A DNA stretch of 44,963 nucleotides, taken from Escherichia phage BF9. Within the stretch, counting starts at the first letter, position 1. Every line of letters begins with the position of its first letter. The stretch lies in sequence record NC_073083.1; one strand, 5' to 3'. Positions 17,762 to 26,768 of the stretch are shown here, in pieces. The notes below the pieces were generated by a model. It had not been told where the DNA came from. It did not search any database and worked only from the letters and a program-made list of their open reading frames with translations. The translations under genes were made by a program, and so were the position numbers.

Positions 17762-18526
17762 ATGAGACTGACTAAAGACATTAAAAACCAGATCCTGGCT
17801 AACATCCTGCGCGACCACGAAATAGCTACCGAAGCCAAATCAATCATGATGGACTCACGCGACCTGGCGTACGCCATTACGCTGGACTGTATGCCGGAAG
17901 GCATTCGCACATTCGCCGAGCTACTCGCGCGCATTGAAGCAATCGGCGATGATCCGTCGCAGATGTACGGCGTCTGTGTATACACCAATAAGGCGACGTA
18001 TAGACATGACGCCGACAACCCATATGGTATAGGCTGCGTTTACGACGCCACTTTCGAAATCAACGCAGGCGGAAACGTCCGTACCGTGTCATTGAGCGGA
18101 GACGGACACCGATTCCGAGTACATCGCGGATACTGGGAGTATAAATACATGAATAAACTGTCTCCCGATCTCGGCGATATTGTGCCAGGGTATGAGGAAA
18201 TTTTGTTAGCGTCAGTGTGCGAAGTCGACGACGACGGGAAAGCGCTGCCGATATATCTTCCGCGCGGTCGAGTAGACTACCCTGCGGACCATGATTTCTG
18301 TAAGCGCCTGGACCGTAACGACAAGGCCCGCCGCGAGTTGCGAGCTAAGTATGACGCGTTCAAACTAACCGTTACCGGCGTGCTGGATATGCACAATACC
18401 GATAAGAAGCTGATCAAGGCGTGGCCTGAAGTGGAACAGTTCATTCCGCACCCTGACAAGCCGAAGTCCACGGCGGTGGCGCTGGACGTGAAGACGCTAA
18501 ACGAGATTTGCGGTATTCCGCGCTAA
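17762..18526 (+). CDS. Hypothetical protein (254 aa) on the opposite strand within the head gene block; accessory (moron-like) gene
   Basis: Internal ATG (MRLTKDIKNQ) of track ORF 17717..18526 with RBS GAGGA; own promoter upstream and terminator downstream; no motif recognised. Confidence 0.6.
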   Translation: MRLTKDIKNQILANILRDHEIATEAKSIMMDSRDLAYAITLDCMPEGIRTFAELLARIEAIGDDPSQMYGVCVYTNKATYRHDADNPYGIGCVYDATFEINAGGNVRTVSLSGDGHRFRVHRGYWEYKYMNKLSPDLGDIVPGYEEILLASVCEVDDDGKALPIYLPRGRVDYPADHDFCKRLDRNDKARRELRAKYDAFKLTVTGVLDMHNTDKKLIKAWPEVEQFIPHPDKPKSTAVALDVKTLNEICGIPR

Positions 18527-18527
18527 C

Positions 18528-18550
18528 AAAAGGGGGCCATCACGGCCCCC
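18528..18550. terminator. Bidirectional intrinsic terminator
   Basis: aaaaGGGGGCCatcacGGCCCCCgaattatttt: GC stem with T-rich tails on both strands. Confidence 0.6.
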
Positions 18551-18779
18551 GAATTATTTTCTGCAACTCCAGCACTTGCGCCCTCAGCTTCGCACCACAT
18601 TCCATATTTTTCACGTCAATCATCAAATCTTCGTCGGGGTCCGCGGACGGGTTATCGAACTTGCACGGCGGTCGCAGTGCCGACTCCGTTAGCGGCATCA
18701 ACGGCACGTTGCTTGATCCGCACGCGCTCAGCATCAAAACTACAATCAGGGCGGTTAGGGCGCGTAACATATTTAACAA
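18540..18779 (-). CDS. o-spanin (Rz1-like outer-membrane lipoprotein)
   Basis: MLNMLRALTALIVVLMLSACGSS has a lipobox; the mature part is Pro-rich with conserved Cys. The gene lies in the +1 frame overlapping the 3' end of the i-spanin gene and extends beyond it. RBS AAGAGG. Confidence 0.7.
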   Translation of the reverse strand: MLNMLRALTALIVVLMLSACGSSNVPLMPLTESALRPPCKFDNPSADPDEDLMIDVKNMECGAKLRAQVLELQKIIRGP

Positions 18780-18981
18780 CCTCTTTCGTGATAGTCCGGT
18801 ATTCTACGTCGCGGGCTTGTTCGGCCTGCACGGAGCGCTCAATAACTTTAGTTTGCTGCCGTTGGGCTTTCGCTTGCGCTTCTTGCGCCGCTCTCGCCTC
18901 AACGCCAGTGCGGTAGGAATCACCCTGCCAGAATCCAACCGCCAGACCTATAACCAGTCCGATCGCCGCGTATTTAATCAC
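18652..18981 (-). CDS. i-spanin (Rz-like)
   Basis: N-terminal transmembrane segment (AAIGLVIGLAVGFW) followed by a Gln/Ala-rich coiled-coil. Start is uncertain: the track uses TTG at 19011; I prefer GTG at about 18981, which has CAGGGGG upstream. Confidence 0.6.
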   Translation of the reverse strand: MIKYAAIGLVIGLAVGFWQGDSYRTGVEARAAQEAQAKAQRQQTKVIERSVQAEQARDVEYRTITKEVVKYVTRPNRPDCSFDAERVRIKQRAVDAANGVGTATAVQVR

Positions 18982-20077
18982 GCCATAGCCCCCTGTTTTT
19001 AAGCTGTGCAATAGTCATCAATTCGCCCGTATCGGTGAACATCTTCGGCACTTTCACGCCTCGCATAATCTGGTCTGCGCGCTGCACCCCATATAATTCC
19101 TCCAGAATATGGCGCGGCTGGCGCTGCACCCATGAGAAGAAATCAGTCTGCGCGTCGACCTGCTCACTCAGCAATCTGCCCGCTTCAGCCTTCAGTGCCG
19201 GACGCTTACCACTGGGCCAATCTTCCATACCTTTGACTTTCCACGTCTCCGTCGAACGGCAGCAATAATGCAGCTTGCCAGGACCAGCGCCATATTGTGA
19301 CCCCGCCACCACTTTCCCGCCGCGCTTTCCTTTGGTGTCGGGAGTAACATCAACTGGATAAAACAGGCGATCGCGTAGCTGGCACATGGGAGAAGTATGC
19401 GTGTCCAATGTAGCCAACCATTGGCGACCTTCGAGAATATCGTCATTAGCTTTTACCATTAATTCGCGGGCGGTTGCCGCATAGTGGTTGACCGCGGACT
19501 TAACAACGCTTGAGATTGCTTGCGCACTACGACCGCCTAGCGCGCGCCTCACGTCCGCAATAATTTCCATAGTCGGCTTGCCCTGGATGAATCCAGCGCG
19601 CACCTGATTGCCGATCTGCGTCCTGGTCCACTCGGAAAGTGAGTCAGGCCATTGCATCATGGTGTTACCCTGGAACGGGTTTTTCATTGCAGTCGCTGCG
19701 ATCTGCGCGCCGGTCACAACACCCACCACCTCGACAGCCGGTACGGCGACCGCTGGCTGGATCGCTGCCGTTAATGTGTCGGCGAGATAATCAGCCTCGG
19801 TGTCTGCGAACTCCTGAAGGCTTTCAGCCAGCGCCTTAAACTCGGTGCGCAGTTCCGTTTTGACGGTCTTGTCGAGTTGCGTTAAAAGTGTGGTAAGTGC
19901 CTTGTTGCTCATGGACTTTTTGCCATCAAGTAACTCGGTCAGCTTACCCAGTAAAGCGGGCCGGAACTTCTCCCACATAGCCAGCACCCTTCGCGCCTGG
20001 TCATTGCTCAGGCGCTGGGTGAAGATGTGACGGCGAATCATTCGATCCGCCATATATTGATTAATTGTCTTCGCCAT
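18974..20077 (-). CDS. Head morphogenesis / minor head protein (phage Mu gpF-like)
   Basis: 367 aa directly downstream of the portal gene; WLATLDTHTSPMC-type region typical of the Mu F family. Confidence 0.7.
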   Translation of the reverse strand: MAKTINQYMADRMIRRHIFTQRLSNDQARRVLAMWEKFRPALLGKLTELLDGKKSMSNKALTTLLTQLDKTVKTELRTEFKALAESLQEFADTEADYLADTLTAAIQPAVAVPAVEVVGVVTGAQIAATAMKNPFQGNTMMQWPDSLSEWTRTQIGNQVRAGFIQGKPTMEIIADVRRALGGRSAQAISSVVKSAVNHYAATARELMVKANDDILEGRQWLATLDTHTSPMCQLRDRLFYPVDVTPDTKGKRGGKVVAGSQYGAGPGKLHYCCRSTETWKVKGMEDWPSGKRPALKAEAGRLLSEQVDAQTDFFSWVQRQPRHILEELYGVQRADQIMRGVKVPKMFTDTGELMTIAQLKNRGLWRD

Positions 20078-21581
20078 TGTCCGCTACCTTGTCCGGGTCT
20101 TCTTCGGTCGATTCTACCGCATCGGGGGACATTTGAGGCAATGGATTCTGATTTCGCAATTCGTCTTCCACCTGCTCGACGGTTTGCGAGTCGTCGATGA
20201 CGCCCTGCGCCATCATCCACTTGATGAAATCAGCCAGGCGGACCGTACCAGTCTGCACACCCGACATCATCGCGGTCATAAGCTGCGCATCAACCGTGAT
20301 TTCGGTGTAGAACTTATTCAGCGTCACACGCTGGTCGGCGGTGTCCCCAGTGAAAAGCTGCACGATTTGCAGCGCACGGTTGAAAGCCTTCTCAACGTTA
20401 CCGGCAATAAGCGACAGGATACTGTTATCAGTCTGCGCATCATAGGCCGCCTCGGTTGCCGTCTTAGGTGCGGTCCCCTTCTCGACCAGGGCTGCGCCCA
20501 GTTTAGCCATTTGCAACTCGCGACGCTCACACAGTGCAACCGACAAGTTGCGCTCCTCCGCCTGGATCAGTTTAGCGTCCATGTTCTGGCCCAGGATAAC
20601 GCCCTTAGTTGCACCGAGGGCAATGCCGCCCTTCAGGTTTTTGTCAGCCCATGATTGAGTCAAGCCCGTTGCTACCAGAGTAGGTTGACCAACGATGTGC
20701 GCAATCTCGGCGACGTCCGCTTCGGCGTTGTAGTGCTTAATGTTGATGGATGCGATATCCGCCAGCGGAGCGGCGTCAGGCGTTGCGTTGTTGTCCACCG
20801 CGCCACACCAGCAAAACGGAAGCTGTGTCAGCGCTTTACCGGCAGCATCCACCAGCGGCACAAGGTCGGTGCGGGTAAATCCACGCGGCAAGTCCATTTG
20901 CACCTCAGACGTGTCCGCGTTATAAAACCAGCGGCGGGCGTGTGCCGCACCGTTAATCATGCGAAGCTCGGTCCAGATTGTTACTTCGTGGTTTGCGAAA
21001 TCGTCCGGGTCTTCGGTGCTGATTTCGTCCGTTTCCTTCAGCACAATTAGCGTATCGACGCCGTGGGTCTGCCGCCAGTTGATGATCTGTTCTGCCGTGT
21101 ACAGGCGGATAAGCGGGCGGTGTGACGCCATCTCGGCGGCTGTCTGCGGCACTACGTTACCAAGTTCATCAAAATGCGCCTGGCGGTCATAGTCGACCAT
21201 AAAGCCAGCACGTCCTGATTGCAGAACTTCAGACATAGCACCGCGCAGGAGTTGCGGCAGCGGCATGCCGCTGCCGTCTACGTCGTCAATCAGGTCAGCC
21301 ATCGCCCCGGAAAGGTCAAGACTTACCGGTTTAGCAAAGGCTACGCCTAACAGCGCGTTAAGTGTGCGGGCGGTGGCGTTCAGGAATACAGCGCGTTGCT
21401 TGTACGCCTTATACCGCGCCCGTGCTTTCGGGTCAGTATTGTCGCCACTGGCGGGATGAGGCAGGTACAAGGGGCCGCACGCCTTCACGGCGCGCTCCCC
21501 TGCTACACAATCGCGGATCATCTTCCACTCTGGCGCGATGCGCGCATAAAGTGGGTGCTGGTTGTCAACGTTAACGGTCAT
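20061..21581 (-). CDS. Portal protein
   Basis: 506 aa between the TerL and head morphogenesis genes; acidic C-terminus. Confidence 0.7.
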   Translation of the reverse strand: MTVNVDNQHPLYARIAPEWKMIRDCVAGERAVKACGPLYLPHPASGDNTDPKARARYKAYKQRAVFLNATARTLNALLGVAFAKPVSLDLSGAMADLIDDVDGSGMPLPQLLRGAMSEVLQSGRAGFMVDYDRQAHFDELGNVVPQTAAEMASHRPLIRLYTAEQIINWRQTHGVDTLIVLKETDEISTEDPDDFANHEVTIWTELRMINGAAHARRWFYNADTSEVQMDLPRGFTRTDLVPLVDAAGKALTQLPFCWCGAVDNNATPDAAPLADIASINIKHYNAEADVAEIAHIVGQPTLVATGLTQSWADKNLKGGIALGATKGVILGQNMDAKLIQAEERNLSVALCERRELQMAKLGAALVEKGTAPKTATEAAYDAQTDNSILSLIAGNVEKAFNRALQIVQLFTGDTADQRVTLNKFYTEITVDAQLMTAMMSGVQTGTVRLADFIKWMMAQGVIDDSQTVEQVEDELRNQNPLPQMSPDAVESTEEDPDKVADNGEDN

Positions 21582-21591
21582 GGTCGTTTCC

Positions 21592-22977
21592 TTAGTAGAA
21601 GTCTACAGTTGGAACAACGGCGATTGGGCGAATCACTGGGAACAGGTGCGCAATTGGATAGCCCGCGGCATCGTTCATGTGGTCCACACCGGCGGTTTTA
21701 TCCGGCTCGCCTTTCTTCAGGTCGTAAACCTGCTGTTCCAGACATTTCGCTAGTGTAGGGCATTTATCCAGGTTGACAAAATACTGGCGCACGCCCTTCG
21801 AGTTGCACATCATCGTATTCATCGCGATCAATCGGTCTTTCACAGGTGGGTTAACACTGTCATACTCCACCTCGAAGCCCGCGTCTTCCAGTTGCGCTAT
21901 ATCGGACGATGATGCGTTGACAGTCTTGCGAGACTTGCCGCTGCTATCCGGGTAAACGACAACACGACCGGCAGCACAATGATCGGGGTATCGCTCCTCG
22001 ATCGCCTCAATCATAGCCGGGGTGTCAAACAGGTCCACAAATTCATCCACTGCGTGGATCTCGTCGCGGAACTCCTTGTTTTCGGTGATGCGCTGCCGTC
22101 TGACGTACACGACCGCCGCCATCTTCGTGACGTTAAAGTCCATACCGATAATCAGCGTGTCTTCCGGCTGAACTTCTTCGGTGCTGGCGTTCTCCTCGCG
22201 GTTAAACATCTTGTATACAGCGCCCGACGTAAGGTTGACAAACAGGCCGTTCAGGTACGCATCAATCAGGTTAGACGGGTACTGACTGCGCAGCGTGTCG
22301 ATAAAGTCTGCCGGTAGGTGGTGGTTATCGGTAGTCTTCGCCCGGATCAAACGTTTCTGGCTATCCTTCTCCACTTCGAAAATCTGGTACATCGCCCGGA
22401 AGCCTTCCGGCGTGGATACGATGACGAACTGGCGTACCAAGCCCGCACGAAGACGACCAAGCAATTTGTGATAAGCCGCCATCGCTACGTCTTGCTTCGT
22501 GGTGTCGAACTCGTCGGCAACAATCCACGCGGCGTTGACCCCGATCAGGCGGGTATAGTTCTCCATTGATTCACAGATAACGCGGGTCCATTTGCCTTTC
22601 ACCAGCACGCTATAAATCTTGTCCTGCTTATTGAACTTCCACCGGAAGCCCGCCTCGTCGAAAGCCTTCTCCAGTTCCGGGTACATGATCTTAACCAGGA
22701 GGGGAATAGTCGGTTCTGTAACGATGCCATCATGACCGGGGTTCAGGGTTAAAAGCTGGATGACCTTACGTGCCGCAACCCATGACTTACCGCCACCGAA
22801 GCCGGAGCACAGGCCGAGGATTTTAGTCTTCGTGTCGCGCAGTAGTTCCACCTGGTGCGGAAGGCAATCAGGTTGATACAGGCGGACGGCCTGCGCAACG
22901 CGTGTCGGGCGCGGCGGTCGGTTTCTCTTTGCGATCGCTCGTTCAAGGGCGCGATGTTCTGCCGCATAGTTACGCAT
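21592..22977 (-). CDS. Terminase large subunit
   Basis: 461 aa; P-loop (LCSGFGGGKSW) near the N-terminus and an acidic nuclease-like C-terminal half; follows the TerS gene. Confidence 0.8.
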   Translation of the reverse strand: MRNYAAEHRALERAIAKRNRPPRPTRVAQAVRLYQPDCLPHQVELLRDTKTKILGLCSGFGGGKSWVAARKVIQLLTLNPGHDGIVTEPTIPLLVKIMYPELEKAFDEAGFRWKFNKQDKIYSVLVKGKWTRVICESMENYTRLIGVNAAWIVADEFDTTKQDVAMAAYHKLLGRLRAGLVRQFVIVSTPEGFRAMYQIFEVEKDSQKRLIRAKTTDNHHLPADFIDTLRSQYPSNLIDAYLNGLFVNLTSGAVYKMFNREENASTEEVQPEDTLIIGMDFNVTKMAAVVYVRRQRITENKEFRDEIHAVDEFVDLFDTPAMIEAIEERYPDHCAAGRVVVYPDSSGKSRKTVNASSSDIAQLEDAGFEVEYDSVNPPVKDRLIAMNTMMCNSKGVRQYFVNLDKCPTLAKCLEQQVYDLKKGEPDKTAGVDHMNDAAGYPIAHLFPVIRPIAVVPTVDFY

Positions 22978-23528
22978 TAATCACCCTGACCTTTGCCGGT
23001 AGGTTCCACAACGACGTCGCCGTTATCATCTTCGTCGTCATCCAGCGGTACATCGTCCCGGACGCCGTGGTTTGCTTTAAGCAGGAAGGTAGCGAAGCCC
23101 GCCGCGATGGTCACGCCGCCAGCTTCCATCAGGAAGGTTTTCTGTAGCTCCATAGCGTCAGCCATCGCCTCGGCGAACTCCTCATGTGCGCGCGCCCAGC
23201 GATAAAGGCAGGCGACGCCTACGCCAATCTTTGCGGCGAAGCGACCGAAGGTAGGCATCATGTTGCGGGGGATTACTTGCGCAGCACCCTTGTCGGAGTA
23301 GTTAACTTGCCAGGCTACGGCATCGGCAAAATAGCGACGAAGCTGATCACAATAAACGGTGCGGTAGTCGGTTGGGCGTCCACATTTGCCACCCCTACGG
23401 CGCTTGCCGTATTCGATCTCCGGTCCGAGATTGGTGTGTTCTGTTTGCTCGCCTGGTTTACGGCGCGGGGTAACTGCTACTCGTCCGTCCAGTTTAGCGC
23501 GACGGCCCTTAACTTTGATTTCTGCCAT
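22977..23528 (-). CDS. Terminase small subunit (putative)
   Basis: Basic N-terminus, acidic C-terminal tail, abuts the TerL start; start taken as the internal ATG (MAEIKVKGRR) of track ORF 22977..23549. Confidence 0.55.
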   Translation of the reverse strand: MAEIKVKGRRAKLDGRVAVTPRRKPGEQTEHTNLGPEIEYGKRRRGGKCGRPTDYRTVYCDQLRRYFADAVAWQVNYSDKGAAQVIPRNMMPTFGRFAAKIGVGVACLYRWARAHEEFAEAMADAMELQKTFLMEAGGVTIAAGFATFLLKANHGVRDDVPLDDDEDDNGDVVVEPTGKGQGD

Positions 23529-23644
23529 GATATAAGCCCTTTTGTGCATATGCGCCGACCATCGGCAACATAGGAGACGGCCCTGCCATCTAAGGGGATT
23601 ATAACAGGCACAAAAAAGCCCACCAAATCGGCGGGCTAGGAGGG

Positions 23645-23857
23645 TTAAAAGGGGCGACCGTAGTATCGGGTTAACATGCTTTTTACTTCGCTTATAGCGC
23701 CTTCTGTGTAGCGTATTTGCGATAGTATCTCGATCCGCTCGCTGATAGACATGCCTATCGCCGCTGCCGTTCGTTCGAATCGGCGCAAGCCTTCGAGTTG
23801 TTTGCGTAGCTCTTTCAGGCGTGCGGCCTGCGTGCTCATGAATACTTGTCTAATCAT
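23645..23857 (-). CDS. Hypothetical small protein (70 aa)
   Basis: Track ORF whose end overlaps the upstream gene by 4 bp, suggesting translational coupling. Confidence 0.4.
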   Translation of the reverse strand: MIRQVFMSTQAARLKELRKQLEGLRRFERTAAAIGMSISERIEILSQIRYTEGAISEVKSMLTRYYGRPF

Positions 23858-24996
23858 TTCAACATTTCCGGGCTAATGGTTAAGCGCGCTACTTCGCCGT
23901 AGTTGGCGCTGTAGGTAATGACATTGGCGCTACGACCGGACATCCAACCGCCGCGGCTGGCATATGCGTCTTTCGCCGCGAGTGTCCGGTGCTGCTCAAC
24001 AATCATGTTGCGGGATTCTACAATCTTCTGGTGGTGCAAGTGGCCTATATGCGCGTAGCTGTACTCGCTGGCCCCGAAAGCCTGTCTGAATTTAGAAATC
24101 ATGACGGTTTCGATAGCATCGAAGCGCGCTTTGTGCCCGTGGTGGAAGAACAGCGTTGTTTTACCGTGTTGCACCATTTTGTACACATCCGGGGATGTAT
24201 CCACATCGACGCGCGGCTCGTTATCATACAGAGTATTGAACATTTCGGCCAGCCAAATCATGCCAGACTCGTCATGATTCCCCTGGACGATTAGAAGTTT
24301 GACTTTGTGGTGTTTTTGCAGCGCCAGGTCTACCACGTTGCGCACCATGCGAATCATGTAGCGGACCAGCTTCTGGTAACGGGTATCCGCGTCCAGTACG
24401 TGACCGCTGGCAGGTGTGACGGCATCGAGGCTATCAAAGTGGGCCATATCCCCGAGGATATTGATAACGGCAGTGCCTGCGTCCGGTGCGCGTGCGAAGG
24501 CTTCGACAAACCAGCGGTAGAACAGGTCTTCGGCAATCGCCATATCCCAATCCTCGCCAGTCTCCTCGCCCCAGGCCAACATGCCCAGGTGGAAGTCGGA
24601 CACGGTGTACAGGTTGAGTAGGTCAAGTGCCTGGATCGGGACTGGTGGGGCGCTTACTGGTGCTGCCGGAGTGATTTCGCTGTTCATACCTTCGACAACG
24701 GCGCGCATTGCTTCAAGCTGGCGCTCCTTGTCCTGCTCAGTGATAACCCACGACATGACTTCTTCGCCATTGCCGCGCACCAGGGCGGATACGCGCTTAA
24801 CGCCGAAGCCATCGGCAACGCGCTTACGGATTACGGCATCGTTACCGTGACCAATACCTTTCTTCGACAGGCGGGCTTTGCGCATGTAGACATTTCGAAG
24901 AGCAATTCCGTACTTCTTCGCAATCTCTTTCGCGGTAGTGCCGGATTGCAACTCGGTGATCAATTGCTCGTCGGTGATTTTAGTTTGCGGGTGCAT
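23854..24996 (-). CDS. Calcineurin-like metallophosphoesterase with N-terminal helix-turn-helix domain
   Basis: N-terminal TAKEIAKKYGIALRNVYMR looks like an HTH; metallophosphatase motifs GDMAHFD, GNHDE and GHLHH are present. Confidence 0.6.
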   Translation of the reverse strand: MHPQTKITDEQLITELQSGTTAKEIAKKYGIALRNVYMRKARLSKKGIGHGNDAVIRKRVADGFGVKRVSALVRGNGEEVMSWVITEQDKERQLEAMRAVVEGMNSEITPAAPVSAPPVPIQALDLLNLYTVSDFHLGMLAWGEETGEDWDMAIAEDLFYRWFVEAFARAPDAGTAVINILGDMAHFDSLDAVTPASGHVLDADTRYQKLVRYMIRMVRNVVDLALQKHHKVKLLIVQGNHDESGMIWLAEMFNTLYDNEPRVDVDTSPDVYKMVQHGKTTLFFHHGHKARFDAIETVMISKFRQAFGASEYSYAHIGHLHHQKIVESRNMIVEQHRTLAAKDAYASRGGWMSGRSANVITYSANYGEVARLTISPEMLK

Positions 24997-25233
24997 ATTA
25001 ATTCACTTCCAGATTATGGGACCGAGGACAATATACCACGGTCCCTATTGCGGCGGGTTATAGCAATTCGCAAATAACCATGCCGATAAAAGCCGCGGTG
25101 GTCCAGATCGCTAATACCCAAATATCTTTACGTGCCATCTTGATTACTCCTCCAGTTGATTGGTTGCAGTATGGCCCCTGTGTTGGTTGCGAGTCAAGCA
25201 ATAAAAAGCCCGGTTAATTCCGGGCTTAATTGT

Positions 25234-25401
25234 TTACGCTGCGGGGCCAGATTCCTCCTGCGGTGGTGGGCTTGGCAGCTTCGCATCGAAGACCCCGGCG
25301 TGGTTGATAGAGTCCGCGATGATAGCGCGTGCGCCTGGGTCTTCGGTTTTAGCCAGTGCGGCAAGCGCGTCCGCATTATGATCAAGAATACTTTTTAACA
25401 T
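25234..25401 (-). CDS. Hypothetical small protein (55 aa), not in ORF track
   Basis: ATG 16 nt after the endolysin stop with RBS GAGGTGA; followed by a hairpin and T-run terminator at about 25203..25230 on the minus strand. Confidence 0.4.
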   Translation of the reverse strand: MLKSILDHNADALAALAKTEDPGARAIIADSINHAGVFDAKLPSPPPQEESGPAA

Positions 25402-25417
25402 ATCGTGTCACCTCGTA

Positions 25418-25909
25418 TTATGCAGCGTTTCGACCGATTCGTTCGGCAACGTCCCACTGCTTACCATCAAACAACGCCTGTCTGCCGATTGCACGGCGTA
25501 CCAGACCCTTAAGCACTTCGCCGCCTTGCTTGCGGAACTGCGGCAGCGTAGCACGGACCTTCGCCCAGTCGCCCAAGCGCACCGCGTCGTCGAAGTCATT
25601 GGCAATATGGTCCGGTACGATCGGACCTTGACCTGCATTGATAACCAGGTCCACCAGCGCGTCGAATTGCGCCTGGTTAATGCTCGGATGTGCGTATTTG
25701 TTCACCCAATCTTCCGCATACGCCACATCGCGCTTGAGTAGCTCCAGCGCTTCCGCGCGGGTAATGCTTCGCGGCGGGTTAGTGCCGGTGTGACCATAAC
25801 CCCAGGTGTACAGGCCGCGGGCCTGCTCTTTCTTAGTCGCGAAATACGGCACTGGGCTAAACGACTCCCATGCTGCCGTAAATCTTAGACCGTTGTCACT
25901 GAATCGCAT
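25418..25909 (-). CDS. Endolysin (T4 e-type lysozyme / GH24-like muramidase)
   Basis: 163 aa; N-terminal catalytic region ...WESFSPVPYF...GLYTWGYGHTG matches the lysozyme E/D/T pattern; directly downstream of two membrane-protein genes. Confidence 0.8.
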   Translation of the reverse strand: MRFSDNGLRFTAAWESFSPVPYFATKKEQARGLYTWGYGHTGTNPPRSITRAEALELLKRDVAYAEDWVNKYAHPSINQAQFDALVDLVINAGQGPIVPDHIANDFDDAVRLGDWAKVRATLPQFRKQGGEVLKGLVRRAIGRQALFDGKQWDVAERIGRNAA

Positions 25910-26141
25910 GTTTTACCCCATTCAAAACAGCATTACGCAGCGTGCGCAATGCAAACAACCAGATTAACGCGGTCCAGGTGGTGTCAGATACGTCTCCTGT
26001 TTGCAACAATCCGACAACGCAGATCATCGCCGTTAGCAGATATAACACCCGGCCTAAAATGCCATCCTGGACGGACGGCGCATACACGTTAAACAGGGAC
26101 GAAGCCCCTATGATAACAAACAACAGGACGGAGATAATCAT
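25896..26141 (-). CDS. Small membrane protein (holin/antiholin candidate), 81 aa
   Basis: Two or three hydrophobic segments; lies between the holin-like gene and the endolysin gene with overlapping stop/start. Confidence 0.5.
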   Translation of the reverse strand: MIISVLLFVIIGASSLFNVYAPSVQDGILGRVLYLLTAMICVVGLLQTGDVSDTTWTALIWLFALRTLRNAVLNGVKHAIQ

Positions 26142-26428
26142 TTTGCGCCCCCCGGAAGTCGGAACGACTCAATAGTCTCCCTGATCCGGGCGGCTATTGG
26201 CATCCAGAAGATTGCAGTTACGAAGCCCAAACCGGCGACAGTGCGCTCGCCCGATAAACCAGCCCACTCGGCGATAGCTGGCGCACCAAATATGGCACAC
26301 AGGAAGCCAACTACGATATATAAAACGAAGTTTAGCGGCCCTTTCGTAGCCTCGCCATGAATGCGTGCGCCTACGAAGCCGCCAGCCAGACATGCGAGGG
26401 CAAATAGCCACTCGTTTATCTTATCCAT
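26138..26428 (-). CDS. Holin candidate (96 aa membrane protein)
   Basis: Three hydrophobic helices and a charged C-terminus; first gene of the lysis cassette. Confidence 0.55.
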   Translation of the reverse strand: MDKINEWLFALACLAGGFVGARIHGEATKGPLNFVLYIVVGFLCAIFGAPAIAEWAGLSGERTVAGLGFVTAIFWMPIAARIRETIESFRLPGGAK

Positions 26429-26435
26429 AAAAAAG

Positions 26436-26466
26436 TCCCAGTAAGTTTTAGCTCACTGGGACTATA
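26436..26466 (-). terminator. Hairpin plus T-run immediately upstream of the holin gene
   Basis: Minus strand reads AGTCCCAGTGAGCTAAAACTTACTGGGACT followed by TTTTTT. Confidence 0.45.
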
Positions 26467-26480
26467 TCACGCTTGCGTAT

Positions 26481-26768
26481 TTAATCGAAAATGGACCACT
26501 TGCCGACGCCTTTCCACTCCCATCCTTCCGATCGGACGGCCTCGAACATCCGGCCCCCTATCATATCCCGATACCATAGCCACCACATGCGCAACCTGGT
26601 CGGGTGCTCCGTGATGCCACGGCGCTTGTATATCTGAAACGTCATGCGGGTAATGCTGGCGGCTTCCGCCGCAGGCCAAATCAGGAATACCCACACCAAC
26701 AGCGCCAGCACCGTAACAAAGAGTGTCGCGCACCCCAATCCAAACCAATATATCAAATCGTGTAGCAT
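26481..26768 (-). CDS. Hypothetical membrane protein (95 aa)
   Basis: Track ORF with an N-terminal transmembrane segment (LGCATLFVTVLALLVWVFLIW); preferred over the overlapping 26467..26811 frame. Confidence 0.45.
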   Translation of the reverse strand: MLHDLIYWFGLGCATLFVTVLALLVWVFLIWPAAEAASITRMTFQIYKRRGITEHPTRLRMWWLWYRDMIGGRMFEAVRSEGWEWKGVGKWSIFD

